DNA of 63,950 nt, the filler included, from Collodictyon triciliatum (lineage: Eukaryota): assembly GCA_043381765.1 (NCBI GenBank). It is 21 parts of 21 records of this genome, joined end to end, with 100 filler letters (N's around TTAATTAATTAA, not from the genome) between each part and the next. Parts side by side here need not be neighbours in the genome. Positions count along the whole stretch, not along the records: positions 42,121 to 45,139 come from JBHJMP010007913.1; positions 45,240 to 48,257 come from JBHJMP010007914.1; positions 48,358 to 51,375 come from JBHJMP010007915.1; positions 51,476 to 54,492 come from JBHJMP010007916.1; positions 54,593 to 59,498 come from JBHJMP010007917.1; 16 more parts are not named here. One strand, 5' to 3'. The stretch's first letter is position 1. Every line of letters begins with the position of its first letter. Shown here piece after piece: positions 42,488-55,551 of this stretch. The notes under the pieces are model-generated. The model saw only the letters and a list, made by a program, of their open reading frames with translations, did not search any database and was not told the DNA's origin. Both the position numbers and the translations under genes were made by a program.

Positions 42488-43041
42488 ATGGAAGACGATC
42501 CTGCGCTCGGATCACACGCTGAGGGAGTCCACGCAGAGGAGGAAAAATGGGGGGTCTTTACGTTTGTTGTTCAGGCTGAACCCGCGGTCGACTACACTGG
42601 GCTTTTCCAGTGTGTCTATTCCGGAGTTCGAAACAAGTTCACGGCCATTTCACGGGATCACCTTGTGGATGAAGCAGTGGGTGCATTCCTTGTTTTTACA
42701 ATTGCATTCGTTTGTGCGTATCAGGATGTTTTTAAAAGTTTGGCATAATCATGTTTTTTCCCCCATGAATGAATCATAAATACATGATAATGCAAATAAT
42801 GTGTTTATGAAAGCAGACATACTATATTCATATTGTTGAATGATATTTAAATGATTATTTGTACATGATATACTATATACATATGTTGTCTTTCTAAATC
42901 GCCAAGGTTAATTGTGGTTTTTTTCTAATATTTTAATATTTTTATCATGTGCCTCCTCATTATAATCATATCAACGGTCACATTTGACTCATAAACAGCC
43001 CTTATAAATGAAATATAATAATTTCGTTTATATACATTTCT

Positions 43042-43130
<89 letters not shown>

Positions 43131-44937
43131 CAATCTATTGAATCTAGATGACTGTTAAGTATCCAACACAATTGCAAGCCGAGGCAAAAGCCAGTGTGAC
43201 AGCAGAGACTCAAACTGTGAGCGACGTTTATGTGTCCAAAATGATGAAGGCCAAAATTGATGAAGATGAACAACTCTTTCTTCGAAAACAGGCTGAGGCG
43301 AAGCAGGTATTCTTTTTTTAGTAACGAAAAGAACATGTCTGTTATTATCTTAATAATCACAGTAATAATCACAATAATAATCACAATAATAATCACAATA
43401 ATAATCACAATAATAATCACAATAATAATCACAATAATAATCACAATAATCATCACAATAATCATCACAATAATCATCACAATAATCATCACAATAATCA
43501 TCACAATAATCATCACAATAATCACAACAATAATCATAATCATAATCATAATCATAATCGTTATCATAATCGTTATTACTATAAAATCTTCATATTTAAC
43601 GTTCATAATCAAGGCATTTCAATTTATGGTTAAATATGTCTTATTTCTTCAGGAGATACATTAAATTTTATGCCCAATTTTCTGGTGGCCACTTTTTTTT
43701 TCAATTACCAATTGAAATCTTAGGCTGAAATGGAAGCTATGTCATCACGAGTTGACGGAGATGAAACGCCAAGAACAGCAAAACTTAAAAGGGTACTTTA
43801 TTTTTCAAGAAAAAAAGAGAAACAAAGGTCAAACCTTTGCTTGTGATAGAAGTTTGTTAAGATTTTTTTTAAATACTATCACTCATGAATATTAAAATTA
43901 TAACACATTCAAAATAAACATTCACATTTCCTCACCCTCTTACCACATGAGGTTTTTTATGATTGAAAATTCTGTTTGAGTTTTATGTTAATTTGCTTTT
44001 CTTACTTTCAGAGAAAAAATTGCAGCATTTCTCTCATTTTTTTCTTCCTTCTTTCTTCGACAGATGGCCACCATGGCCGATAAAAAGAAGCTTGAGGAAA
44101 AGCCGAAAGAAGGTGACAAGCGCCCCAAAAGCCCTTTACAGAACCCAAAAACACCCGACAAGAAGAAACAGATTGCCCCACCTGTTCCAGACAAGAATGC
44201 AACTAAAAAGAAGGGCAAGAAAGGAAAGGATGATGAAGAAGATAGGCTTGTTCCGGTCGAATTCGGTACTAGGACCATTCCATTCACCAACGTGTGTATC
44301 TTTGGATACAAAATATGAGCCGTTTTTTCCCTTTTAAATGTAGGTTCATTAATTTATGTATGTTTATAGACGATGCTCCTTCAAGCGGTCCAGCCATTTA
44401 CTACTTGTTGCATGGGTTTCCAAACACAATTGAACAAATACTGTCTATCGCTCAGGCGGGTGTCGAGATAGATGTTATAGTATATCTCAAGACAATCACA
44501 GCCGACCAAAATGCAGCGATATTGTAATCCTATAATTTTTTTTTCAAATCATATATGAATTTTACTTTATGAATAATTTCATGATGTTATTATTTTCATT
44601 CATCATATGCCATAGAAAAACTTCATTCTATACCCACTTTATACAGAGCTGGGAAGCAGCAGGACGTGCAGGTAAATCCAGAAGACCCGCAATCACAATC
44701 AATGAAGCCACTGATTCCGAAGGAGAAGATAGAAAGTACGCCCAGACTTCGGGATGTTATATGGATCGACATATTTGTGAGTCAGGGCTGCAAATGCAGC
44801 CATAAATCGATTAATAACCATATGTACTTGAACAATTTTATTTTCACTTATTCATGCAATCTGTATTCAAAGGAGGCACATCTCAAAGATACAAAAGCTC
44901 TTTATACCGAAATATCCACAGAGTTATACAAAATCGG
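42488..44937 (+). CDS. SPAG17: SPAG17/PF6-like central-pair flagellar protein, N-terminal exons
   Basis: W-x-x-x-x-FVV...RNKFTAISRDHL, a Lys-rich linker, then DDAPSSGPAIYYLLHGFPNTIEQILSIAQAGVEIDVIV, which resembles the SPAG17 DDEPDDG...YIIVVGF block. Confidence 0.6.
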
Positions 44938-45240
44938 TATTGCATATTTGATTTTCTTTTTATACATGATATTTATAGCAGAAAGTCCATATCAATATCA
45001 ATATCAATATCAATATCAATATCAATATCAATATCAATATCAATATCAATATCAATATCAATATCAATATCAATATCAATATCAATATCAATATCAATAT
45101 CAATATCAATATCAATATCAATATCAATATCAATATCAANNNNNNNNNNNNNNNNNNNNNNNNNNNNNNNNNNNNNNNNNNNNTTAATTAATTAANNNNN
45201 NNNNNNNNNNNNNNNNNNNNNNNNNNNNNNNNNNNNNNNT

Positions 45241-45339
<99 letters not shown>

Positions 45340-46319
45340 GCGCTACGAGGATCTTGGTTTATCAAACTGATCACCGATTTAAACAAAAGCGATGATAAAA
45401 ACACTTGACTAATAAAAATATTATATTGTTAGTACAGGTTATTCAGTTACGAAACTGAAGCATTGTTGGTGTGGTGGCAGCGTGGTGTGAACATATCTCG
45501 GCCACTCGGGTTCGATTCCCAGACAAGGCATTTTGCTACATGGTTATCTGACGTATGTGGAATGTTAAGCAAATTTCTTTTATGTCTTTGCTTTACCACT
45601 AAATGTGTCATTATATTCCTATCTGTGTTCAAATATATAATTTTTATAGATCAAACCTCGATGGGTTGCCGAGACATCCAAAACCGGCTGAAGGACAAGA
45701 AACGACGCGCCCGTGTACGAATGGATCTGACGTCACACCATAACGACCAAATTATATATGCCCTTCGCTGCAGGCAACCAGCAAGCAGTCGTGCAACAGC
45801 TTTAGGATTCTGAGGCGAAGTGGGGTGGGACGAGGCCGCAGCCATGAAGCTGGGGCCGCACCATAACGAAAAGGCAGTGGGAGAATCGGAAACCACGAAC
45901 TAACCGTGTTAGGAAAGAAGGCACAGAAACCAACCAGGAACAACGCCGGCACCACTGAATAGTGCAAGCAACTCGAGGCTGCTAGCGTGAGGCTGGGTGC
46001 TGAGAAAACCCACTGGAAAAGATTGCAAAGTCAGTTCACAATGATACGCACGCGAGCACAAAGAATCTCTCGAGGAAAGAGAGGGAAAGAAGGAAAGAAA
46101 GAAAGAAGGAAAGAAGGAGAGAGAGAGGAAGAGAGGAAGAAAGAAAGAGAGGAAGAGAGGAAGAGAGAAAGAGAGGAAAAGGTATCGGAAGAGGGTCAGA
46201 GGCCCAAGACCACCTCACTGCGCTTACTTCCTTCCTGGGACCCACCCACCCTCCTCTGCAGAGCACCGCCTCAAGACCAAGACAAGCGCGACAGCAAAGC
46301 AAAGCACAGCAAGGGCGAG

Positions 46320-47724
46320 ATGTCGACAGCACACCTAGCCAAGAAAGGGATCTTCATTGTGGGGGCCAAGCGCACAGCCTTTGGCAAGTTCGGGGGCAGC
46401 CTGGCCAAGTTTTCGCAGACGGATCTGGCCACGATCGCCTCGAAGGCGGCCCTGGCGCAGGCACGCGTGCTGCCCGAGAACGTGGACACGGTTGTGCTGG
46501 GGATGGTGAACCCAGCGTCGTTGGATGCCGCCTACGCGTCGCGCCACGTGGGACTGCGACTGGGTACGTGAAAGCCGCCTGCAGCCTTCCATCTCCTCTT
46601 CTCCTCTTTCCCCTCTTTTTCCCGTGTTCCGAGACTGCTTGCTTGCAACCCAAACTCCCCCTTGCCTTGCCTTGCCTTGCCTTGCCTTGCCTTGCCTCGG
46701 AGGCCCAGTTGCTGACGGCCACGCGGCCCATGCAGGGGTCAAGACGGAGACGCCATGCCACCAGCTCAACAGGCTGTGCGGCAGCGGGTTCCAGACGGTG
46801 GCGAGCGTGGCGCAGGAGCTGCTGCTGGGAGACGCGGAGATCGGGCTTGCGGTGGGGACGGAGAGCATGTCGCAGGCACCGTACCACGTGTACGGGACGC
46901 GGTTCGGGGTTGCGCTGGGTGCGGAGCCGCGGCTGCAGGACTCGCTGTGGTCGGCGCTGACGGACACGCACGTGCAGATGCCGATGGCGCACACGGCGGA
47001 GAAGCTTGCGGGGCAGTACGGGGTGACGCGGGAGGAGTGCGACGCGTATGCGCTGGAGTCGCAGCACCGGTACGGGGCCGGGGTGGCGGCGGGGGTGTTT
47101 GCGCAGGAGCTGTGTGCCGTGGACCTGCCGCCGCGCAGGGGCGAGACGCAGGGGCAGCGCTTTGCCGTGGACGAGCACGCGCGCGGGGCCGCCGCGTCGG
47201 CCGAGTCGCTGGCCAAGCTGCCCCCGGTCTTTGCCAAGGGCGGCACCGTCACGGCCGGCAACGCCAGCGGGATCTGCGACGGCGCCGGCGCCCTCGTCCT
47301 GGCCACCGAGGATGCCGTCCGCCGCCACGCGCTCCACCCCCTGGCGCGCCTCGTCGGCTGGGCCGTGCGCGGCGTCGACCCCTCCGTCATGGGCATCGGC
47401 CCCGCCCCCGCCATCCGCGCCCTGCTCCACGCCGCCGGCCTGCGCCTCCACGACATCGACCGCCTCGAGATCAACGAAGCCTTTGCCGCACAGGTCCTCG
47501 CCTGCCAGCGCGACCTGCGCCTCCACGACCACCTCCCCCCGCACGCATTCAACACCCACGGCGGCGCAATCGCCGTCGGCCACCCCCTCGCCGCCTCCGG
47601 CTCCCGCATCACCGCCCACCTCGTCCACGACATCCACCGCATCCACGCCCGCTACGCAATCGGCTCTGCCTGCATCGGCGGCGGCCAAGGCATCGCCCTC
47701 CTCCTCCAGCGCGTCGCACCCTAA
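46320..47724 (+). CDS. ACAA2: Mitochondrial 3-ketoacyl-CoA thiolase; two exons (intron about 46565-46736)
   Basis: GIFIVGAKRTAFG, LNRLCGSG (catalytic Cys), VTAGNASGICDGA, EINEAFA, GGAIAVGHPLAASG, GSACIGGGQGIA. Confidence 0.93.
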
Positions 47725-49099
47725 CCCGGACTCTGACTCTGACCCTGACCCTGACCCTGACCCTGACCCTGTCTCCCAGCATCTTTCTCCAAACAACCCA
47801 TAAATCATCCGCATCCTTACTCCCTTGCAGTCCTCGTCCCTGAACCGCGCTGTGGCTGCAGCCTGTTGGTTTGACAGGGAGAAGAAAACCATTCTGCGCC
47901 GGGTTCGTTCTGTCTCTTGCCGCAGTTCAAATCAAAATACATGAATTTTAGGTATGTTTGCTTTATTAATGATTTATTTGTGGTTGCAGGACAAATATAT
48001 TCTGTCGGTGTTGGTGGTTACTACAAATGCATGTAATTTCCACGTTTGAAATGACTGGCCATTTTAGGCTCTCACCCTTTTTCCTTCCAGCGCGATCTTG
48101 CCAGAAGCCCGGACACAGAATAAAAACAACAACAACAAAAAAACCCAAACGCAACAGAGGACGAAATAGAAAAAGAAAAAAGAAAAAAGAAAAAAGAAAA
48201 AAGAAAAAAGAAAAAAGAAAAAAGAAAAAAGAAAAAAGAAAAAAGAAAAAAGAAAAANNNNNNNNNNNNNNNNNNNNNNNNNNNNNNNNNNNNNNNNNNN
48301 NTTAATTAATTAANNNNNNNNNNNNNNNNNNNNNNNNNNNNNNNNNNNNNNNNNNNNCACACTCGCCTGCACAGCCCCCGCCTCATTCTTGTCATGACGT
48401 CTAACCGAACAGATATTTCTGAAGAGCTTGCAAAGATCTGGTAGTTTCCCAAAATCCTTCTTTTAAAGGCTCCGTGATTGTACAGCTACTCCAATTTAAA
48501 TTGAAAAATTAAAAAAAATTAACCTTATACCAGCCAGGGTTTTCCCGTTGACAGAAATAATGGAATGCAACTTTGGAACAAGTTTTATTCTCGTAAGAAA
48601 ACCCATGTTTGACAAACTAGAACAATTTGGTGTCTAAAACAACACGATATATTTTCATTAATGTTGGAATAAAAAGAGTCGTACAGTGATGTGCGCAGAT
48701 GGAGAGGCTTACGACACAAGTTCAAGCGCCCATAAACCTGAAGCTCTGGATGAAACACACTTGCAGACAAGTTATAAGAAGGGCATCGTGTAACATCTCA
48801 TCACTTCCTTTCCCGGAAAAATACAGGATATAATAGTTAGAAACACATACACGCTCTGCAACTCTACTACATGTAGGCACACGTACATACGAGATACTAC
48901 ACGGCCAACATACTACCTTCAGGTCGATATCCCAGATAGAACCCACAACATTGAGAAACGCATAAAAACGAAGAATCAGCAAGTTAGTAAATTTTTCATT
49001 TTTCACAGTCCATTTCCTGACTACACTACATGAAACATCTCACTCAAACGACCCATACCTACTACATGCCTCTAAGAAAACACGCAGACTTCTTGACCA

Positions 49100-49750
49100 C
49101 ACACATTGAGAGAAACATGAAAAATATCTTGGGCACAGCTGCCTTTGGTTTGGTCTTGAGGTGTAGTCGAAGGAGAGCCTCTTTACCGTTAAGAAGAGTG
49201 AGTGATATATCTCTCTTTGCAGTTGCCAAAGGCTCTGGCCGAGAAAAAGGGCAGCATCATGTTCGAGCTGCAGCACCCCCCAAACACCATGGCGCTCTAC
49301 GACTTCGGATTCTGGGGCAACGACCTGCTCTTTCCATGGAGTCTGCAGAAGTCGAAGAGCTCTGCTTGTTCATAAAAATTACATGGCACTTAGACGACAT
49401 CACTTCAAATATTTCCTGCATACAATTCAAGGCCTTTTATACCTGCATACACATGGCCGAAGGTTCATCAAGCACTGTGACCTCAAGATCTAAAACTTCC
49501 TGCTTGTGAACGGTATGTCCGAGCTGAACGACATCAGCCTTGTAAAAATTGGCGCGTCCATCAACTCGGTGAGTGGCTTCAAAGGGTCAAAGAACTGGTC
49601 ACCGAGGCCTTTCGAGATTGAAAAAGGTATTGGGCTGCCTAGTGATATCAACTCGTATGAGATGGTCTTCTGGTCTATCTTGAGTAAATCATATTAGTAT
49701 GAGCCATCACTATAGAATGAGGTCAGCACAAGAGTCACGGGCCGGTGAAT
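49100..49750 (+). pseudogene. Decayed protein kinase pseudogene
   Basis: ILGTAAFGLV, FELQHP, GLLYLH...HCDLKI*NFLL, DIS (for DFG), GSKNWSP and SDINSYEMVFWSIL lie in different frames with in-frame stops. Confidence 0.8.
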
Positions 49751-51642
49751 TTCCTCCTCTCTCCCATCGCATCATGTCCTTCTTGACTCGCAGTTCTGAA
49801 CCACAAACGCTGGGACAGAAAGTACGAAGCTCGCATCAATTCCCGACAGATCAAGGCTGAGTTCAAAGAGATTCACCACTATCAACCCGGTTGTAATCAT
49901 GGTCACCCCAAGAATGGGTTTTGTCAGCGTCGCGGATGCCGAAGAGCTTGTCACTTATCTCGAGAAGTCCACTACGGAATTGCGTCCAAATCTGAAAATA
50001 CAAATGAGATAAGCAACTCGAGTTTGATATCCTCATCGATGAGCACCTGAGGGTTCTTTTTTAGAGTTCAACATCTTCCTCATGCAAGCTGCACTAATAT
50101 TAGAGGAGACCATACAGTCGCAAGCTCGGCATTTCAAAACCATCTCTCATTTCATTTGTTATAATTTGCGAGTTTTGAGGCTTCTGCTCAGCCATTTGTT
50201 GATCTCTGTCCTTATTGCCCATACATCCCTGAGGCATACGCAGCATAATAATTATTCTGACAGAAACTCTGCAGCTTTGCTTCTTTGTTGATATAATAGT
50301 AAGAGGGAAGGCAACATAAAAACTTTCATAACGCGTAAATATGAACAAAAGCAGATTGGATTGAAGCAAAAGCATCTGAACTTATTCCATAAATAGAAAT
50401 AATCTAAAATATACAAAAGCGGATATTATATAGTATATTCAATTTTTCGACATTATTACTCTGGTTTAAAAATTCTGTTGCTATTATTTGACTGCATGTA
50501 ACATTATTATTTATACTTACCGATTTCACAGAATTTCGTTGCATGTCCGGTGTTCAGAATGCACACATTTATCACATGCGCTAATCAGGAACAACCCACA
50601 AGTCCAAGGAATCGGGGCTACTGAATGCTATGATGATAGTAAAAATAGCCAATGACCCGAAACAGAACAGCAACGTTGGTTAAAATGGCGCCAGTTATCT
50701 AAAAGGTGCAGTGTCTCTTTTTCAGAATTTGGTCTATTTCTTTGAATGGTTCAATAATTGTGGCTAATTTATCACCCTAATTTGGAAAAGAACAAAAACT
50801 TTCTTCGGATTGGTTCTTTTTTACTGAATTATAAGTTTTATTATCTTATTTAGAAAATATTCTAAGAATCCTCGTAGAAAACCAAAACTAATCGAATCTG
50901 GAAATATCAAATATGGAAAATATAATTAATGTATTATTAAAATTTAAGGAAATCATAGAACTGGGAAACGTATAAAATATACCTAGCGTAATATTTCGTC
51001 TCATGCTTTTTTTTCATAATCTCGAACACTTGCTGCCTTCAATTACTGTTGTATATTTGTCGGTTCACAAAAGCACGCGAGTGGAGTATCGCATCATATG
51101 TAGATTAGATGCAACAATATTGCATGTCTTTCCATCTTTAATTAAAACAGTCCCACCCTTACCAATACCATTACAAAAAAGAGGCAATTGTGCGCATTAC
51201 AGATGGTAGATGGTTTGTGCCTGATGATTGAAGAGAAAAGACGGTTGAGAAATAGCGGCGACGATTGGATTTTGGGCGAGTGAGGCGACATATCGACAGG
51301 ATATATGGGTAAATAACAGTGAATCTATTTGGAAATCAAGCATTCATTTGCCTCAGGTTTCCTGATTGCTACCTGNNNNNNNNNNNNNNNNNNNNNNNNN
51401 NNNNNNNNNNNNNNNNNNNTTAATTAATTAANNNNNNNNNNNNNNNNNNNNNNNNNNNNNNNNNNNNNNNNNNNNTTTTTTTTGTTTTTTTTGTTTCTTT
51501 GATTTTTTGGTTTTTTGGTTTTTTGGTTTTTTGGTTTTTTGGTTTTTTGGTTTTTTGGTTTTTTGGTTTTTTGTTTTATAAATTGACCAGTTTATTTTCC
51601 ATGACGAACTGCTTCGCGTTTGCGTTGAGCTGGTAGACAAGG

Positions 51643-53900
51643 TCAGACTTTGGCCCGGAAAGGAGTGTGGCGTTCGCCTTCTCGCTGGCCTTTGTCCATT
51701 GCTCGGCCTGGCAACATGTAGATATAAATGTGGTTTATGATAATTAAATCCATGAAAATATAAATATACGGAAAATCAATAACATAGATATATATATCTA
51801 CACATAGGAAAGAGGAAAAGGATTGATTTTCTATCGGTTGGGCGAGATATAAAGATAATAATTGCGAAAGCAGCACGGGCGGGGTTCATCGGCTTATTGA
51901 TTTACTCATGGGTTGAATCGGATAGATGCACCAGACGGATATATGGAATGATTGAATAAATAAATGATTAAACGAATAAACGAGTAAACCAAGAACGCAC
52001 AGAATCGCTCGTAAAAGATGACAGCTGAAAGTACGATAAGGCAAGTAGGGTTCCCCAAATGTATTTTGCAGCTTCGTCTTTTCCTGCAACACTTGGTATT
52101 GCTTCAACCAGTTTCTGCGTCGAAATACCGAATGTCGCACCCACAGAATCGAGCTTCCATCTTCCGTCCTTTTCCTATGATGGCGTGTGTATGTTCAAAC
52201 AAATGTGTTGTAAGGCATTAAGAATGGAAAGGAAAGGAAAGGAATGACATGTGTTACATATAAAATAAATTAAATTAAATTAAATTTGAAGAGGGTGGTT
52301 TACTTGTGTTTTCAGCAATTGCGCCATCTTAGGGTCCATCGGGGCTGAGTCTTGTGCCGAGGAAGCATCTCCGTCTGTTCCGTGCTTACCTTTCTTCTTT
52401 GTTTCGCGGGGTGCAAATGGAAGAGGATTGATTGCGAACGAGTCTCTTTGGGTGAACACAAGGCCGGTTGTGTAATGGTAATCCACCCATGTTGGCCGCA
52501 TGATTTTGCTGAGAATGCCGTCCACTTTCTTCCTCATCAATTTACGCAGGGTATCCTACATAGTTCATTCAATAGCGCNNNNNNNNNNNNNNNNNNNNNN
52601 NNNNNNNNNNNNNNNNNNNNNNNNNNNNNNNNNNNNNNNNNNNNNNNNNNNNNNNNNNNNNNNNNNNNNNNNNNNNNNNNNNNNNNNNNNNNNNNNNNNN
52701 NNNNNNNNNNNNNNNNNNNNNNNNNNNNNNNNNNNNNNNNNNNNNNNNNNNNNNNNNNNNNNNNNNNNNNNNNNNNNNNNNNNNNNNNNNNNNNNNNNNN
52801 NNNNNNNNNNNNNNNNNNNNNNNNNNNNNNNNNNNNNNNNNNNNNNNNNNNNNNNNNNNNNNNNNNNNNNNNNNNNNNNNNNNNNNNNNNNNNNNNNNNN
52901 NNNNNNNNNNNNNNNNNNNNNNNNNNNNNNNNNNNNNNNNNNNNTTCACTACAGGCTTCGTGCTGAAAGTGAAAGCAAATCCGGCCAGGTCCTTGGTTCA
53001 TGCATGATGGTAATATATGTCGAGTAATTTTGAGTGATACAATGCTTTGGTATACTCGGTAAATAAATTCGCTGGGGATAGAACAACCACCAGATATATT
53101 CTTTGATGTATCTGATATTTTCATTCTTATAAATCAATGATTCTGAAGATAAAGAGCTTTCTTCTTCATCACTTGATTGAGTAATTCTTTCCAAAAAAAA
53201 TATCATAGAAATGGAAATAGAAAAAGAATAACGAAACAAGCGATTTACCCTCGAATAAGCAAGAGCTACGTTTGATGTGAGGAATAACTCTGCAATGCTG
53301 ATGGTGGATTTGAACTTAAGAATCTTTCGTCCTTCAATATGGACTTCAGCACGCCAGCCCACAGGCCTCCATTCCAGATACCATTCGCTGTCGCAGTGGT
53401 CTTTGTAAGTGAGCAGCGTGAGACGCGGAACTTCCGCAGAAGTTGTGGGTGTTTCCAGGCTAATGTGGGAAACATGCTCGATTTCGGGAATTTCTCTGTT
53501 TTTCAAATGAAGTTGTGATCAGCACCTCAAGTTATTGATTACAGCGTTGTTCAATGACAAGGTGAAATGATGGACACATGAATTTTCTATATCACTCTTT
53601 GTTGCTTTTTTTATAAGAATAAATAAATAACAATAAATAAATAATAACAATAACGAAAAGAAAGGAAGATAACATATTTATCGGATATGCTATTGAATTA
53701 CTGCAAAGACGAAGTTAAAATCTCCTTCAACTTTTCTCGATAAAATTGAAGTGCATCGGGATTGAAAAGGCGGTGAAAAAATATGTCTTGGATTAGCTTG
53801 GCCCATTTTTCGTCGGCTACTTCAGTCCCTTTGGAAACCGATATCTGTGATGCAGAAGCAACCGAGTATGATTTCTGGATTGATTGCTTTGAAGCTGAAG
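51643..53900 (-). CDS. SMP (TULIP) lipid-transfer domain protein, TEX2/Nvj2/PDZD8-like; multi-exon with gap
   Basis: FLHRLFNP...REKLKEIL, ISLETPTTSAEVPRL, LEWRP..WRAEVHIEG, FAFTFSTKPVV and LMRKKV...IMRPTW follow SMP secondary-structure order. Confidence 0.55.
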
Positions 53901-54592
53901 TCTAGTGAAAGTACGAAATAGAATTAATAAATGACGATTATTAAAAGACAAATTCTATTATCAGTTTTAAATATGATGTGTATTTGTTATCTTACGTATA
54001 TGTATCTATTTAACTAGAGATTTTATTACTTCAAAATATGAAAAAAAAATGCGACCTTGTCAACGACAGACTGCGAGCGCCCTTTGTCACGGTCATTTCT
54101 GTAATGCCAAGTAGCGCAGAAGATGCATATTGCCCCATTGAAAGAAGCGCCCAGAGGGGGGAAAGGCCTTTTCGAATGGCAGTGTGCGCACACGTTTCGG
54201 TCACAGTAGCGGCATGCAGTCTACTTGGCGAAGGTTTGTTTAGGAAAGGAAAAGAAACAAAAATATGCAGAATAGCTGAGTGATTTCCTAGGAATTAAAA
54301 ACTAAACACGAGCCTTTATCTTTTGATATTTCTCATTACTTCGCCACGTTATTTTGAGTTAGTTTTGCAATATATCGATATGGTTGTTATGGTATGTTAT
54401 GTTATGTTATGTTATGTTATGTTATGTTATGTTATGTTATGTTATGTTATGTTATGTTATGTTATGTTATGTTATGTTATGTTATGTTATGTNNNNNNNN
54501 NNNNNNNNNNNNNNNNNNNNNNNNNNNNNNNNNNNNTTAATTAATTAANNNNNNNNNNNNNNNNNNNNNNNNNNNNNNNNNNNNNNNNNNNN

Positions 54593-54738
54593 GGTCTGAG
54601 TAATCTCTTTGTTCTTCTTCTTGGCCTCGGTTGCCTTGGGTTGGATTTTTGCAAGGTGGGCCTTTTGCTTTTCAGATACGACGCGTTTGGACTTGGGTTT
54701 TTTTCTATGGTATCCATTTCGTTTTCGGAATCGCTCAT
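54593..54738 (-). pseudogene. Small basic viral protein N-terminus with apparent 1-nt frameshift
   Basis: MSDSENEMDTIEK and KPKSKRVVSEKQKAHLAKIQPKATEAKKK join if one A is added to the A7 run at 54698-54704. Confidence 0.55.
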
Positions 54739-54772
54739 ATCCATCCAAAGAAAATAATTTCTGAGTTAATAC

Positions 54773-55537
54773 ATTGAGAAAGCGTATTACCTTCACGTTG
54801 ATAGTGCCAATAGATCAAGCGACATTATATCAGACTTTAATTTTGCTACAACACAAAACAGATATGTTGCATCCTCAGCCAGGGTCGCACTTGAAAGCAT
54901 CCAGATACCTTATGCCGTACATAATGTTACGACTGCCAACAATTCGATGGCTTTTATTTGTAGTATCAGCGGCAGCCCTGTTTCATACAATATTTCACTA
55001 GAAACTGGCTTGCAAACAATCAATGAAATTGTCAGTGACATCCGAACCAAGATAAACGCGGCAACCGCAGCCCAGGGAGTCGCAGCAGAAGTTACTGTTT
55101 CATTTTTAAGTGGCAAGCAAAAGATAGCAATCAAAGCAGCAGGTCCAAATGTTTCATATGAACTGTTTGTGAATTCGTCAACGTGTCGGGACCTCATAGG
55201 ACTGACGGCTAATTTAACATTCAACACTAGTTTTGTTGAGCTGCAGAATATGGTCAATATCCGTCCGTTTGATTATGTGTATTTGGCCAGCCCGAATGTC
55301 CAGAGTTCGAGTTTTGCCAGCAATATCGGCGGCAATGGCATTATCGCAAAGATTCCGCTGAGTGTTGGCGCGCGGTACTCTAGCTACTTTGAGGTGAATG
55401 ACAATATCCTAGAGAATCTAATGGACTGCAGTTATATTCCGTTCAGCTGGAATTTCCGACTGGTTGATAGACTGGGCAATACAATTAACCAGCTTCAGGA
55501 CTACAGCTTCACGTTGCGGATTATTCCAGATTTTTAA
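54773..55537 (+). CDS. Minor capsid protein (penton, single jelly-roll), about 254 aa; ATT at the expected start position
   Basis: The frame extends 58 codons upstream of the called ORF: YYLHVDSANR...SDF...VALESIQIPYAVHNVTTANN. C-terminus YVYL...IIAKIPL...FRLVDRLGNTI..QDYSFTLRI. Both match the penton pattern of Polintons, PLVs and NCLDVs. Confidence 0.82.
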   Translation: MEKAYYLHVDSANRSSDIISDFNFATTQNRYVASSARVALESIQIPYAVHNVTTANNSMAFICSISGSPVSYNISLETGLQTINEIVSDIRTKINAATAAQGVAAEVTVSFLSGKQKIAIKAAGPNVSYELFVNSSTCRDLIGLTANLTFNTSFVELQNMVNIRPFDYVYLASPNVQSSSFASNIGGNGIIAKIPLSVGARYSSYFEVNDNILENLMDCSYIPFSWNFRLVDRLGNTINQLQDYSFTLRIIPDF

Positions 55538-55551
55538 ATCTTGCCTAAAGT

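Noticed and set aside
47741-47770. (GACCCT)n as telomeric repeat
   Set aside because: Only about five internal units in a 3' UTR, in a genome full of microsatellites.
46335-47892. Long alternative-frame and antisense ORFs over thiolase (likewise over the kinesin)
   Set aside because: High GC suppresses stop codons; no recognisable motifs.
54947-55537. Penton starting at the ORF-track Met (196 aa)
   Set aside because: Conserved N-terminal strands lie in the 58 in-frame codons upstream, so this call is truncated.
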